Shown here piece after piece: positions 1 to 12,558 of a DNA stretch of 64,000 nt (position 1 is the first letter of the stretch; each line of letters starts with the position of its first letter). This DNA comes from Amoebophrya sp. A120. Its lineage: Eukaryota; Protista; Dinoflagellata. The notes beneath the pieces are model-generated. The model ran no database searches, had not been told where the DNA came from, and worked only from the letters and a program-made list of their open reading frames with translations. Location: assembly GCA_905178155.1 (NCBI GenBank), contig CAJINV010000003.1, positions 5,153,700 through 5,217,699 on the forward strand, read 5' to 3'. The position numbers and the translations under genes are program-made.

Positions 1-221
1 AGGGAGAGGGTACTCATTCTGATTTTCTTGTTCTCTGTGCGTAGGACAAGGATGGGCCGCGTGAAGTTGTTGATGAACTTAGGAGATTTGAAGTTGGATG
101 TTGACGTCGTGGGGTTCTACTTTCCTCGAACAAGCGATTGACTCGATAGAGAAGAACGTTGCTGCATTTTTCCGAAGGCATATCGTTGTAAGTACTATGA
201 GCTGTTGAACCCAATATACAG

Positions 222-454
222 CGACGGAGGGACAGCTGTTCGAGGCCTTTAAGCTGGCCACCATGGTGTATGTTTACGCCGAACACGTCGGGCCGAGAGT
301 CGCCGAGACCATGTTGAAGTTTGTCCTGATCATGACCCCGTTGGCGCCGGTTGCGGGCGTCGCGCAATGGATGTTTGAAGCGGTGGCCGAGCCTTTCATC
401 GTGGAGTACGGGCGGAGGAATGCCCAGATCTTTGCGGAAACCGGCTCAGTGTGA
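222..454 (+). CDS. Terminal exon of an unknown protein gene starting upstream of the window
   Basis: Acceptor TACAG at 221, then open frame TEGQLFEAFKLATMVYVYAEH...ETGSV* with coding-like codon use; no recognisable domain. Confidence 0.45.
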
Positions 455-1304
455 GGCGGTTTCGTGGAACTTGATTCGGTTGTTTTAGACTTTTTCAACA
501 AGCAAGAAAGCTACCATCAATCGGCTCTCTGGTCCTTCGATTAGTTGCTTTTGATTCGTAGTTTTCATTTTCTATCACTGGGTTCTTTGAGGCACGACGC
601 TCGAACTTTTTCCCCGGAGGTAAGGGGCATGCAGGTGTAAACGAATGAAACAAAGAACCAATTTTATCGCACGAGATTCACAGAGATTGAGGTCGGGAGG
701 ACCCGACGCAACCCATTTTAGGACATGTTTGTCGCACTCGATGATCTCGACAAACTACATGCTGCCTTGTACGATAGTGCGACAGATAGACGGAAGAAAT
801 GGACGCCTCTCCAAGAGAGGAAGACTGGTCCTCTTCAGTGATACAGACACCAGACATCGTTTCACGGAAATCAATGCTCAGCAAACAGCATCGCGAACCA
901 ACTACTCACAAGGGAGACAAAGTAAGACGGTCTGCGTTTTTTTGTCGTAGGACCGGTTGCGGCACTCGCTTCTGTGTTGTTCGTCTGAAGCGTGGATCCG
1001 AGACCATTCCGCATGATTTGTGTTGAATTGTCTTCGGTCATCGAAGGACGCTGGTTTTATCGCGGTATATTCGGGACGGACTGGAGAATGATGTTCAACG
1101 ATCTCGTGGCATGGGGAAGGACGTGCAAAAGATGACCACTCCTCAGCAACAGAGAGAAATTTTTTTAAGAATTTTACAAGAACCGGAGAAAGAAAGGCAC
1201 TTCATGTTCATTGGGATAAGGCTCGCCGATAACTACACCTTCGAGACGACCGCGACAGGTTGTATCCCAAGGAAATGTAGTAAGTAAGCGTGGCGAAGCC
1301 AGTT

Positions 1305-2411
1305 ATGGGTTGCGCGAATCGAAAGGCCGAGAAGCACTACGCTTATGATGGGGTCCACCCCCCGGGCGTGGGTAGGAGCAAAGCCGATGCGAGGAAGGAT
1401 GATCCGGCCGACCAAAAAACTCAGTGGGCTCGCATTAGGGAAAGGGCGGCGGCCCGGACGAACTTGGAGGAAACGCATAAGAATGAAACACCGGGCGGCT
1501 CTGGAAGCGCCACAAAGGGAGCACGCGCTGCGGCAGCAGCCAGCCGTGAAACTCTCTACAGACTCCCGAGCTGTCCGCGTGCAGAGGACATTTTGACTCA
1601 CGTGTGTTGGGTGGATGGCGATTCGTTCGTAACCGCCGGCATCAACGGGGGCTGCTACCTGTACAACTTGGAGACCAGAAAGGAACGGAATTTCCAGGCT
1701 GCTATAAACAGAGCCTGCACAAAAGTGTACCCCTTATCATGTCCCGACGCGGGAGGGGCGAGAACCGTCGGCCCGGACTCGTCGGGCAGCGACGTGGACC
1801 GGCTTCTAACATGTGGCGCAGACGGATGTGTGAAGCTCTGGGATTTAGGAAAGCTTCGGCCCACCACATTGACACAGCACCGGATGACAGTCAATGATGC
1901 TGCCGTAAGAGGCCGCGGCGGGGGGCAGAATTGGAAGGTGCTCTCGGGAAGCCGCGATGCTGTTCTGAATCTGTCGGACGTTGCGACGCAACAGGTGCTC
2001 CACACCAAAAAGGTCCTACGCAACGTCATCACGCGGGTGCTGTACGTGCCGGAGCAGGATGTGTTCGTGCAGCTCTCCGAAGATCTTCAGCTTCGCGTTT
2101 GGAGTCCTGCGCTAGAGCTGTTGCACAGTGTGCACGCGGGACCCAACCAGTTTGTGTCTGGCGCGGCCGTTGGCGCGGAAGTAGTCTGCGGATCAAAGGG
2201 CTTTTCGTCAGAGACCGTCGAGCTCCTAGTTTTTGATCTGCGAACCATGAGCATCAGGAAGCGAGTTGCGGGCGTCGCGACGCAGAATGTGGATTGCGTA
2301 GACGTGGTGAGAGGTGGTTCAACAGCGGAGGATGTGGGAGCCGCTCCGGCCTACCAAATTGTAGCAGGATCCAAAGATGGTACGGTACTATTAATTAGGC
2401 ACGGACCGTAA
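1305..2411 (+). CDS. WDR31: WD40-repeat protein, WDR31-like (single exon)
   Basis: WD motifs (TCGADGCVKLWD, SGSRDAVLNLSD, QLSEDLQLRVW). The segment NVITRVLYVP..QLSEDLQLRVWS..CGSKGF..ELLVFDLR resembles WDR31. Start MGCAN is a possible myristoylation site. Confidence 0.75.
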   Translation: MGCANRKAEKHYAYDGVHPPGVGRSKADARKDDPADQKTQWARIRERAAARTNLEETHKNETPGGSGSATKGARAAAAASRETLYRLPSCPRAEDILTHVCWVDGDSFVTAGINGGCYLYNLETRKERNFQAAINRACTKVYPLSCPDAGGARTVGPDSSGSDVDRLLTCGADGCVKLWDLGKLRPTTLTQHRMTVNDAAVRGRGGGQNWKVLSGSRDAVLNLSDVATQQVLHTKKVLRNVITRVLYVPEQDVFVQLSEDLQLRVWSPALELLHSVHAGPNQFVSGAAVGAEVVCGSKGFSSETVELLVFDLRTMSIRKRVAGVATQNVDCVDVVRGGSTAEDVGAAPAYQIVAGSKDGTVLLIRHGP

Positions 2412-3363
2412 TACACCGAATGATTTAGATGAAAAATAAAATTGTGACGAATCATGTTGCTCATTACTGTGGCTTTTCCCCCACTTTGCTATTGCTCTAG
2501 TTCATTTAGAGGCACTCGGTCTCCATAGACGGCGTCTGCCGGAATAAAGCAATGCCAGAATATGAAAAAACAAAAAAACAGGTACTCTAAAGGTGTTTGA
2601 CGATAATCTGAAGTGCGTCAGCACCCTGCGAATAGACCAACCTTCGCCGATAACGTCGTGCTCCGTACGTGGAGGGCTTTGTTTGGCAACGAGCTTCGGC
2701 CCCAGAATATCTTGCTACGATTTAAAAAACAGTGTCGCAGTCGCCGAATCTCCGATTTTGGCATGAACCGGAAAGGAATGCAATCTCTGGGCGCAGATAA
2801 GACAACTTTAAAGCGCAATTGGTGAGGCGCGCTTTGGCGTGCGCGGAGCCGCAACACGCAAATGCTGCCTGCCTTTCGGTTGAGAAAATAAAGAGGACTA
2901 GAATGCTGAATCAATGATCACATCGTGCGTTAGAAAGCTCTATTTTCTTGGTACTTCAACCTCAGAGGATCTATTTAAATTTCGATGTCTAGTAAATGTT
3001 GACTCAGATCGGTACAGATGCCAAATGAACACAGTGCTAAAGTAGCAGATCTGAGAAAACCCAAGAAAGAGTTCGAGTCGTGAAAAAGAAGAACAATTTT
3101 CTTGATCAATCTAAAATGCACTCCGATCACTGAAAATGCCTCTGGATCTAATGTTCCCGCTTTTATGTTGAGATCGAAGAATGTGGATCTATCGCAAAGT
3201 GGTCACTGTTCGGAGAAGAGGACATCGATACCGAAGAAACTAGATTTAGCTTTTGGTAAGAAGTACAAAGTACCGCTTTTCTTGCTGCCAAAAATCTAAA
3301 TTTTTTGAAACACTGCAACAGGGAAAGGAGTGAATTTAGTTCATTTCGCATACAACGGAAAAG

Positions 3364-4286
3364 ATGCCGGCCGTCCAGTTTCAGTCGCAGAACTTTCAGC
3401 ACATCTTGCGTATGTGCAACACCAACGTTGATGGGCGCCAGAAGGTCATGTACGCCCTGACCTCGATCAAAGGTACGATTTTCTTTTTCTTTTTGTAACT
3501 CTAAATTGGACTACCTAACCTTGAAATCAGTCTTCAAATCACCGATGCTGTACGGCTTCGTTTAAAAAGTCTATTGGAAACATCAACAAATGAATCAATA
3601 AAGGTATTGGTCGTCGCATGGCAAACCTGATCTGCAAGAAGTGTGACATTGACCTGAACAAGCGTGCCGGAGAGCTGACTACTGATGACGTCAACAAGAT
3701 CGTCGCGGTTATGACCTCTCCCCTGCAGTTCAAGGTCCCGGCCTGGTTTTTGAACAGACGCAAGGACTTCAAGGACGGAAAGTCCGTCCACAACAGTACC
3801 AACAACTTGGATGGTGCTTTGCGCATGGACTTGGAACGCATGAAGCGCTGCCGTCACCACCGCGGTCTGCGTCACTTCTGGGGTCTGAAGGTACAAATAC
3901 AGAGAGCAATTCTGTTTTCATGGTTATTGTTCATCGTGGTCGTGCATCTTGTTCTTGTCTACTCATTTCTAAATTTTCGTAAAAGCCCCCGCATGCGTAG
4001 TCGAGAACGTAGCACGGATTCTCGACCACTCTATTTGTTTGTTTGGACGTCAAGTGTTGACTGCGGTCAGAGAGCGAGTTTAGTGGAAAGTTCCCTACTT
4101 GTTGCTGCGGACACTTTTGCTTGACGCACCACCCCCAGTAACATGATCTATCCCTCACTAAAACTTCAACTACAGGTGCGTGGTCAGCACACCAAGACTA
4201 CCGGTCGTGGCCGCTGGTTGATGATGATGGCCAAGAACAACAAGGGTGGCGGCGGTGGCGCCCCGATGGGAAAGGGCAAGAAGTAA
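3364..4286 (+). CDS. RPS18: 40S ribosomal protein S18 (uS13); exons 3364-3472, 3604-3890, 4176-4286
   Basis: Spliced translation [27 protein letters not shown]|IGRRMAN...[11 protein letters not shown]|[11 protein letters not shown]; two GT-AG introns. Confidence 0.97.
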
Positions 4287-5220
4287 GCGCTGCTTCGCGT
4301 CAACCTGGACCAGTGGAGCTGACTTCCTACGTCATCATCTTCATGATTGTCTTTTGTGGAGAAAAGCAAGAAAGATCTCGATTGTCTGTGACAGTGTGAT
4401 CGCTTGAAACTGCTCGCAAGAACCGGCACTTGAATGACTTTTCCGTGAAACAACGAGTGAGAGCGCGCACGCCACTGCGCCAATGGGCTACTACAAGTCC
4501 CGTGCAGTTTTTAGAATGTGTTCTGTGTTTCTCTGTCTGTGGCTTTACGGTCGGACCTCGTGGGCGGATGAAGCTCACGGTCGAATTTCGGGATTCGCCG
4601 TAGCGACGAATGTTGCAAATTTCGTCTGGCTTCCGACCTACGACTTCATACTTTACTAGCATTCCATTCCTGCTGTCGGGCCATGATGCTCAGTCGAAGA
4701 TGTGAGCGAATATCTGGAAGTTTCACATGAAGCGCTGCTTTCACATGTCGTGCCTCGTTGAAACTTCTGCGTCGTAAAAGTTTCTTTCCGCACCTGTTGC
4801 GTGAATCATAATGTTTACACATCTAGTATCAGTTTTTAGTTTTGTACCACACACGCAACCTACGATGTACCATATTACTCGGTGTCGAGATTCCTGCTTT
4901 TGTGGCTAGGCAAGTAGAGGAAGACGCTACTCGAAGGACTGCAACTGCTACTGTTCGATGCCATGTCGGGCTCGGCCTCATCCTGTCACTTCCATTCCGA
5001 TGGTTGCATGCGGATGCTGCTGCGCGGAGTAAACTCTCGCTCGGATGTGCTGCTGATTGCACGCAACGTCTCGGCTGGTCAGACGCTTTGAAAGCGCGCC
5101 CCGCAGGTTGTGGACCCGTCATGCCTTCAGAATTTTCATCAGCGCTGACTTCACCAAGTGCATACCGTTGAAGCAGCACGCCAAGCGTTGTGTGCACCGC
5201 AGCGGGCGGCGACTCCGATC

Positions 5221-8200
5221 ATGAACAACTATCACTTGTACGAGGAGATCGGAAGTGGGAAGTTCAGCGTCGTGTACAAGGGGCGAAAACGCCATACAAT
5301 TCACTACGTGGCCATCAAATCCGTGGAAAAATGCCGTCGTGCCAAGGTGATGACCGAGGTGAACATGCTCTCGCGGCTGCAAACGCACCCGAACGTGCTG
5401 GAGTTCTACTTTTGGAACGAAACCCGCAACCACTTGTGGGTGATCAACGAATACTGCTGCGGGGGAGACTTGATGCGTCTCCTGAAGCAAGACCAAAAAC
5501 TGGACGAGGAGCAGAGCCTGCGGTTTGCGCACGACATCTGCGAAGGGCTCTTCTTCGTGCACTCCCGAGGTATCATCTACACGGACCTGAAGCCGTCCAA
5601 CGTGCTGTTCGACGAGACCGGACGACTAAAACTGTCCGACTTTGGCATGTCAATCTTGCTGCAGGATCTTAACAAGGTAGCAATCCTTTTTGAAGAGCAT
5701 TCTTTTTGCGACAGGATTTTTGCTTTGGTGTCCCCGGTCGCTATGGATGTAAGGTCGTCAACAACTCGCTTTGCCGTTCGAAAAATACTCACTTTCCGAT
5801 TGGTACGCAACATGAATACCCGTAATTTCCCGACTTTGCAGCAACAAGAGGATGGAACGCCCGTCCCGCGGCGGGGGACACCGTATTACATGGCACCAGA
5901 ACTTTTCCTCGAGGACGGTATCCACAGCTTCTCCTCCGACCTGTGGTCTCTGGGGATTGTGTTTCACGAGTTCGTGACAGGAAAACCGCCGTTCCAGCCC
6001 GCGAGCTTCAAGGAGCTTCACAACATGATCCTAGAGAGGCCACCACCGCCACTCGTTGGGTTGACGTCAAAGGACTACGAGGACCTCGTGCACAGCCTGC
6101 TGGCGAAGCACCCGGGACAGCGTGCGGACTGGAACGTCGTCCATGAGCACCCAGTCTGGGGTACCGAGCGGCTTCCGAGTCAGGGTACCAGGAATGATGC
6201 TGTAGAGGTGCTGATTAATTTGATCTACGTTCAAGAACACAATCGTGTCTACGGGCGCACATACTTGTTTTTTTTTCGAACGTTGGTAAAAATTTCGCTA
6301 TTTTTAAAACAACCTCCGCTTCATCACCGAACGAAGCCGAGTTCGAAACTCCACTACCAATCTTCGGAAATTTTCGCTGTCTCGCGCTCACCAGGTCGGG
6401 TGAACTCACTTCCGCCGCAGACGCACTTCGAGCGGTGGAAACGACGGGACAAGGTTGCGAGCAGCGGTGCAGGGGGTTCCGGCGCAGTGATCGTCAGCAC
6501 CAGCACGAGCCAGTCTGCCTTCTCCGAGCAGGGTCGGGGTAGCGCGAGTGCTCGCACCGTGAACACGAGCACAAGTAGTGCGAATTCGACCTCCGCGTCA
6601 GACTCGCGCCAAACGGCTGGCAATGCAACCTCCAGTGCGGGAACTTCTAACGGAGATGCTGGCTCCACGGCCAACGCAAAGCGTGGGGGCAGCGCTGCGG
6701 GAATACCCACTGTAGAGGCTGGCGCACCGAAGGGCAAAGAAGGTCAGACTGATGCCGGAGCAGCGACGGATAGTAGTATCCATACCAGCAACGCGAGCAC
6801 GCAGGCGTCAAAGCGCCTGGATCCATTGCGCTTGTCTGCAATAGCGCAGAAAAACCTGATACAAGAAAACCTCATTCAGGAAGAACCGTGGAATCCACAG
6901 GATTTGCAGCTCAAGGGATTCGACCAAGAGCTCAATTTCAGCGAAGATCAGCCACCTCCCCCGCCACCGGCTACTAGCGAGGGGCCGAGAGGCGGTCCGC
7001 TTATGGCCACGCGACTGGCGAGCGACAGCCGAAAACCAATGGCTTCGCCAACACAAGTCTGTCGGGCAACAGCTGGGTATGATTTGATGCGACAGCTGTA
7101 TGATTTCTAGGTGCAAAAACATCAGCAGTGTGTGTATGACGAACTCTTTTGTGCATGCAGTGTCTACTTCGTCTTCTCGTGTGACTTTTTCGTAGCATGA
7201 TGAACAAACATCCCGGCAGTTCATTTTTGTACAGACACTACATGTTGTTGATATTTCGCTCGAAAAATCAACCACGACAAATTATGACAGGGTTCCTCCT
7301 CCGTCAGAGATAGCCAGAAGCCCTCCGAATGAGCCGCGTGGAAGGAAACTACAGCGCAGTGCTACGGCACACGCGGAGGGCTCTGCGTACGAAAGCAGCT
7401 CGTCAAAAGACACGAAGGCGACCACGGACGCAGAGGCGAGCAACAGGGAAGCCGCGCGGGTTGAGCGTGCGACCCCATCGCAGTCGAGCACTGCGACGAC
7501 GGCTGGCCGCCCGGGAGCGAAAATACAGCAAGGGGCAGCTTCAACGGCCCAAGGTGGCGGAGCTGCAAGTAGTGCTGCCCACAGTCCAGCCCTCGCTGCG
7601 GACGGGGGCGCAGCGGGCAAGGAGGGATCTCGGGGAGGTGCCGCTGGAGCAACTTCCTCGGGCACCGGAACAACGCAAGGCTCGAGCACGGGCACCACGC
7701 CAACGCTGTTCGCAACAACGACTGCGTCGAGCTCCCCCACCACGCCAACCCCTGTGACAAAGCCAGCAGTGGTGGCCACGACGCTGAGTCCGCAGCAGGG
7801 TGCGGTGGGCTACGCTAACGCCACTCCAGTGGTGAGTTCCGAGTTGCTGCAGAAGTGCCGCTCGCTCCTGAGCCACGTGGAAACCAGCGTGAGGCCCATC
7901 AGCAACAATCCCGCGATCGAGAAAATCACGTCGCCGCACCTCTCGCAGCCCGAGCTGCTACCGTTTCGCCCGCTGGCGCTCGAGGACGTTTTCGTGTGCA
8001 GTAATCAGGAGCTGGAAAGCTTTCTGACCAAGGTCTACAAATGCATCGCGCAGGGCACCATCGAGACGAAGATCATGACGCTGATCTACCTGGAAAACCT
8101 GTGCGGACACATGCAGGTTGCGGACCTCGTCGTCAACTCGAGTCTGCTCAAGCTGGTGCTGAAAATGGTTCGCGTACGCTCAACCGAACTTCGCGTGCGT

Positions 8201-11200
8201 CTGTGGACGCTTATCGGGCAGCTGCTCCGGCACGCCACTTTTCTGGAGCCCAACATTGCCGACCTCGGCATCTTTGAAGCACTCACCGACGCCGTCGTCC
8301 GCCACGAAGATCGGACGGTGCAGCGCAAAGCCGCTGCTGCACTCGGGGAGCTTCTCTTCTATGTCGCCACGCAGCCAAAGCCAGAACGTAAATATCCTTG
8401 TCCCACCCAAGGAGTTTGATTCTTATTTCCAGAGTTTTTGATCATGCGGAGGAGAAGGAGTGTCACAGTGCATCTTGGCTCCGGATTCTGTGGTTGCCGA
8501 TATTATTCAACCACGGCAGCATTAACCGCTGCGTGTAGAGTTTAGATTGTCTCAGCTTATACCCTTGAGACGTGATCATTCCGTCGTGATGTATGAGAAG
8601 CACAATCGATTTTTAACAGCGGGAGCAGCGGCCTGGAAGGTGCCTCAAGCGACGCTGGACGGGGTGACGAAAGCGATTTTGCAGCGTGACGACGAAATCG
8701 TTGCCCACTACTCTATCAAGACGCTCGAGAACATCTCGACGCAAAGTCCCGTGGTGGCACAAAAGTGGTTCCTGAACACGCATGGCCCCGTCCTCGCGGA
8801 TGCGCTGCACAAGTACGCGAAAGAAACCAAGAGCGAAGAGAACTTTCGGCTAACCTGCCTCGGTGCGTTGGCCATGGTGGCGCGCATTTCCCCCGGACTG
8901 GCGGTCAAAGCGATGCTAATCCCCTCGCAGAGTAGTAGTAGTAGTGCTTCCTCGCGGTCCTCCTCCCCGTCATCTGGCACGACCACGGGGGTCTCCGGAC
9001 AGCAACAGGCAGGTGGTTCCTCCTCCTCCACCAGTGCGGCCAACAATGCGAACCGGAACAGCGCACGGTACGACTTCTCTACCATCCTCCTCGGGCTCAA
9101 CGGGACGCTGGCGCCCAAGGGCAATCCATCAAGTTTTCACCTGCTGTTCGCGGTGCTGCTGCAGAAGGACAACCTGCTGCTAAAAGCGCAGCGGCAGGAC
9201 CTCGAGCAGATCACATTGCACCTGCTGCAGCTGACGGCGCAGACGCGCGGGCACACGGTATTTCGCGGGAAGAGCATGCTGTTGCTCGTTCTTCTCGCCT
9301 TTGTCGACGTGCATTTTCTTCTGCTCGCGTTTGAAAACCAGTTCGCCTCGCACATCGAGAAAACCTGTGCCCGCGAGCTGGTTTCGAAAGACAACGGGAA
9401 GGAGACCGGGAGCGGCCCGACCAAGGATCGCTACGTGTCGCAATGCCTGCAGATGACTTCCGTCGTGCTCATATCCTGAGTAAAAACGTACCCACACCAG
9501 AGTTGTAATGCAAATCTGCATGCTGAAAATGTTTCTCATGCGGAGCCTCATGAGAAGCTGTTTCTAGTCGTGTTTTGCAATTTGTCATGCTCCAATCAGC
9601 ATGGTATGCTAGGTCTGTGATGCTGCTGAGCTAGCTCAAACAGCACTACACTATGAATCCAGATTTGTGATGCAAAACAGCCAAAACTTGTGGATTTGTC
9701 TAGCCGATTCCCCATCTTGACTATGGTGTGGGTGCGTTTTTACTCAGGATAGCTCACCAATTTTACCTCCACTTTTCTCGGAAATCTGGCGAACGAGATG
9801 CGGCGCACGGGGTCGGGGCCGCAGCAGTCCAACGGCGTCACGAACACCACGTCCGCGCACTTCGCACGACGACTGCACCTCCCGGTGTACCTGCTCTCCT
9901 GCCCCCCGCTGCGCGCCTGCGTGATGAATGCCAAGGCGCTACCGCACCTAACCATGCTGGTGACGCTGGCGAACACGCCGCAGTGGCGCGCCACCACCGC
10001 GCATCGAGCAACGCTGCTCGTATGCGAAAACATCTCGGCGCAGGTACTACACATTTTTGCGACGACCGTTGAACAGTGCAGTCAATAGATTAAGGTAAAA
10101 AGGACCAGCGTGAGTAGACAACCATTCGAACAGGAAAAGAGTTCATCATCAGAAGTACGGCTTTGTGGTTTCACTCGCAATGGAGCAGCCAGCAGCAACT
10201 GCAGACTTTTCGTGGCATTGACTTACTTTTTATTTTTCTCGGCGGGTAAAAAAATCAGGTGCCAATGCTGTTGGATTGTGTGCAGCCGACGTTGCAGTTT
10301 CTGCATGCAATCGCGTCTCTGCTGTCCGCCGACAGCAACGAGGAGAGCATGTTCCTCGCGCTGCGGTGCTTCGGCGATATCACCGTGGCGCTGCTGAACG
10401 ACGACACGCGACGCAAAAATGAAGAATACCCGGAGCAGCTGCACACGCTGCTGGCGGGAAAGTTTTTCCCGAGGCTCCCCGTCCTTTTGACCTGCGCGGA
10501 CCCAGTGCCAACGGTGGCCATGCGGTTGGTCAGCTGCATCCTTGACGCAGACCAAATCCAGGCACAACCCGAGCGCTTTCGAAGTCTTTCACAAGCGCTG
10601 CGGCCGGTAAAGGAGGGCATTCTCGGGGCGCTCTCCTCGCAAGTTGCCGTGTCTGTGCACGGAGCCAACCTCGCGTCCTCGCTGTTGCGGCTTAACGAAA
10701 TATCCGCGCCGCAATTGTCGGACGTACGATTATTTTCCGCATGCGTTTTCCAAGGAGGCAGGGAGCTGCACCAGCAGAGAGCTCTCTACTTCATATCCTA
10801 GCATTTTAATAATGCTCTTTCGTTCATCCTGATCGAAGAAAGAGAAACACGAACTACACGATAGAAAAATGGATGGCTTTTCATGTCGGCAATATCTTCA
10901 TCAATCATGAACTGAAGGTTTTTACCCGACTTCTGGAGCTTATCTCTTCGCGAGCGGAGGGCTCCACCGCACGATTGGATGTTGCGCACCTGGAGGCGAT
11001 CCTAGGTCTGATCGAGATATGTGCGAGGGATCCTCCACAGGAGCTGGGGTCACTGCTGTGCCCCCTGCTCGCCATTGCATCGCAATACATGCAATCCGCA
11101 CCGGTGCTGGTCGAGCGCCTTATCAAGGTACGGCGTATACTGTGTACTGTTTTCAATCGTGCACATACAAAATCGAAGGGAGCAGGTGCAGGTCCAAATG

Positions 11201-11556
11201 TGTGGTCTACGTACTGGAAATAAGCGATCATACGTGAGTTGTACCCTGGTTCGACGATGACCTGTTGTGTGCGTTTTCCTTTTTTTGGAAGTAGAGCAGG
11301 AACAAAATATTGACGACACTTATCACAGGTTTGCGAGACGTTGACCACAATCATAGGGAAAGGAGGCCAAGTGACCGTCTTCGGGAAAGGCGGTACGGTC
11401 GTGCGAAGTTTGGTAACTTTGGTGGAGCGAACATCGCGTGCTGTACCTATTTCGAAATGGTTCCTCGAGCGCGTGGACGCTGGTGCGCTGTCGGCAGAGG
11501 TTCGGAAGCCTTTGGTTAGAGTTTTGCAGCAATTTGATCAGAGCCGGCCCCGCTGA
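5221..11556 (+). CDS. ULK4: ULK4/RUNKEL-type kinase with C-terminal helical repeats; exons approx. 5221-5676, 5842-6184, 6395-7076, 7291-8387, 8620-9471, 9757-10043, 10259-10723, 10918-11127, 11329-11556
   Basis: N-terminus MNNYHLYEEIGSGKFSVVYKGRKRHTIHYVAIK, GTPYYMAPE, and AAAALGELLFYVATQ are typical of ULK4. Seven GT-AG introns and one introner (9472-9751) join the ORF pieces in frame. Confidence 0.9.
9472..9751. mobile_element. Introner family A, copy A1 (280 bp) in ULK4
   Basis: TIR TATCCTGAGTAAAAACGTACCCACACCA / TGGTGTGGGTGCGTTTTTACTCAGGATA; 5-bp direct repeat GCTCA (9467-9471, 9752-9756). Removing 285 nt gives ...SVVL-T-NFTSTF in frame. Confidence 0.95.
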
Positions 11557-12558
11557 GACAAACACTAACTTGTGCCTGTGATATGTAAGTATCACTGCGA
11601 GCAGCGCCGGAGAAGCGGGGGCGACCCTTTATCTTTTCCATAGTTTTCTTTTCCGCATTTTTACTACACACAACAAACTATTTGATCATACTACTAACAT
11701 TCTGAAAATATGCGAAGCATAATTATCGTAATACTTCTAACCGTACAGCGCCAGCGAATTTTTTCATGGGGATTCTTATAATCCCTCTGGCGGAGCGGGA
11801 ACGCTTGCAGTTTTTTGCACTAGCTCAAAAGCAAAAGCCCGTTTTACGAACGCAGGTCGTTCTCGTTTTTATCTCACAAGACAGAGTCGAACGCTTGCTG
11901 CGATCTCCCGGAGCTTCGTAGCAGGTGAAGAAATTTTGGGGCCGCTCAGCTGTTTGCTGACGTGCCATCTAAAGCATCAACATAAGTGTCGTGCACCCTG
12001 GGCTGCACCATCATGGTTCATTGGCCAGAGCAGCTTCGCTGTCGTGCCGCCGCACAGGAACACTCCAAGGGAGGGCGCACCGTACGCGAAAGATCCGTTT
12101 GTACCCGAAAAGGGTGGAATGTAATTTGTAGTTACTTGCGAAAATTCGCCTAATTACGCCTTCGCCCCCACGTTGCGGCGGCGGAAAAAACACACAAAGA
12201 CGGTTTCGGTCTCGCCGAGGTACGTGACGTTGTCCCCCGCTTCGTAACTGTCCCTGTTTAGCTCATACACATCAGTGCAGGTGCCGGCCGTGGCCAGATC
12301 CGCTTGCGTGAAGGAAATGAACCGACGGACAAGCATGAGTCGAGGCTCTTCGGTTTTTGCGATACCGACTCGAGCGATGGAGCGTTTCTATGAACGTGAA
12401 GATGGCAACAACAAGAAAGAATTTGTATTGTCTTTGTGCAAAAGCCGGAACAAAGAACGGGGTAAGAAACCGCTGTAGGGGGGGAGCGTGAAATAAAACT
12501 AAAAGCCAGTACTAGCAAATCAAAACTTGTGGTGTGATCCTTTGCCCATGTTGTAAGC

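Noticed and set aside
9480-9747. GT (GAGTAAAA) and AG (TTTTTACTCAG) inside family A TIRs as the real splice sites
   Set aside because: Using them leaves 8+4+5 = 17 extra nt, a frameshift in A1, A2 and A3. For A1 alone, GT 9465 to AG 9752 is in frame with loss of one codon and cannot be excluded.
11936-12478. Short ORFs between ULK4 and AIDA, including a coding-looking minus-strand piece at 12154-12336
   Set aside because: No consistent exon chain or recognisable domain.
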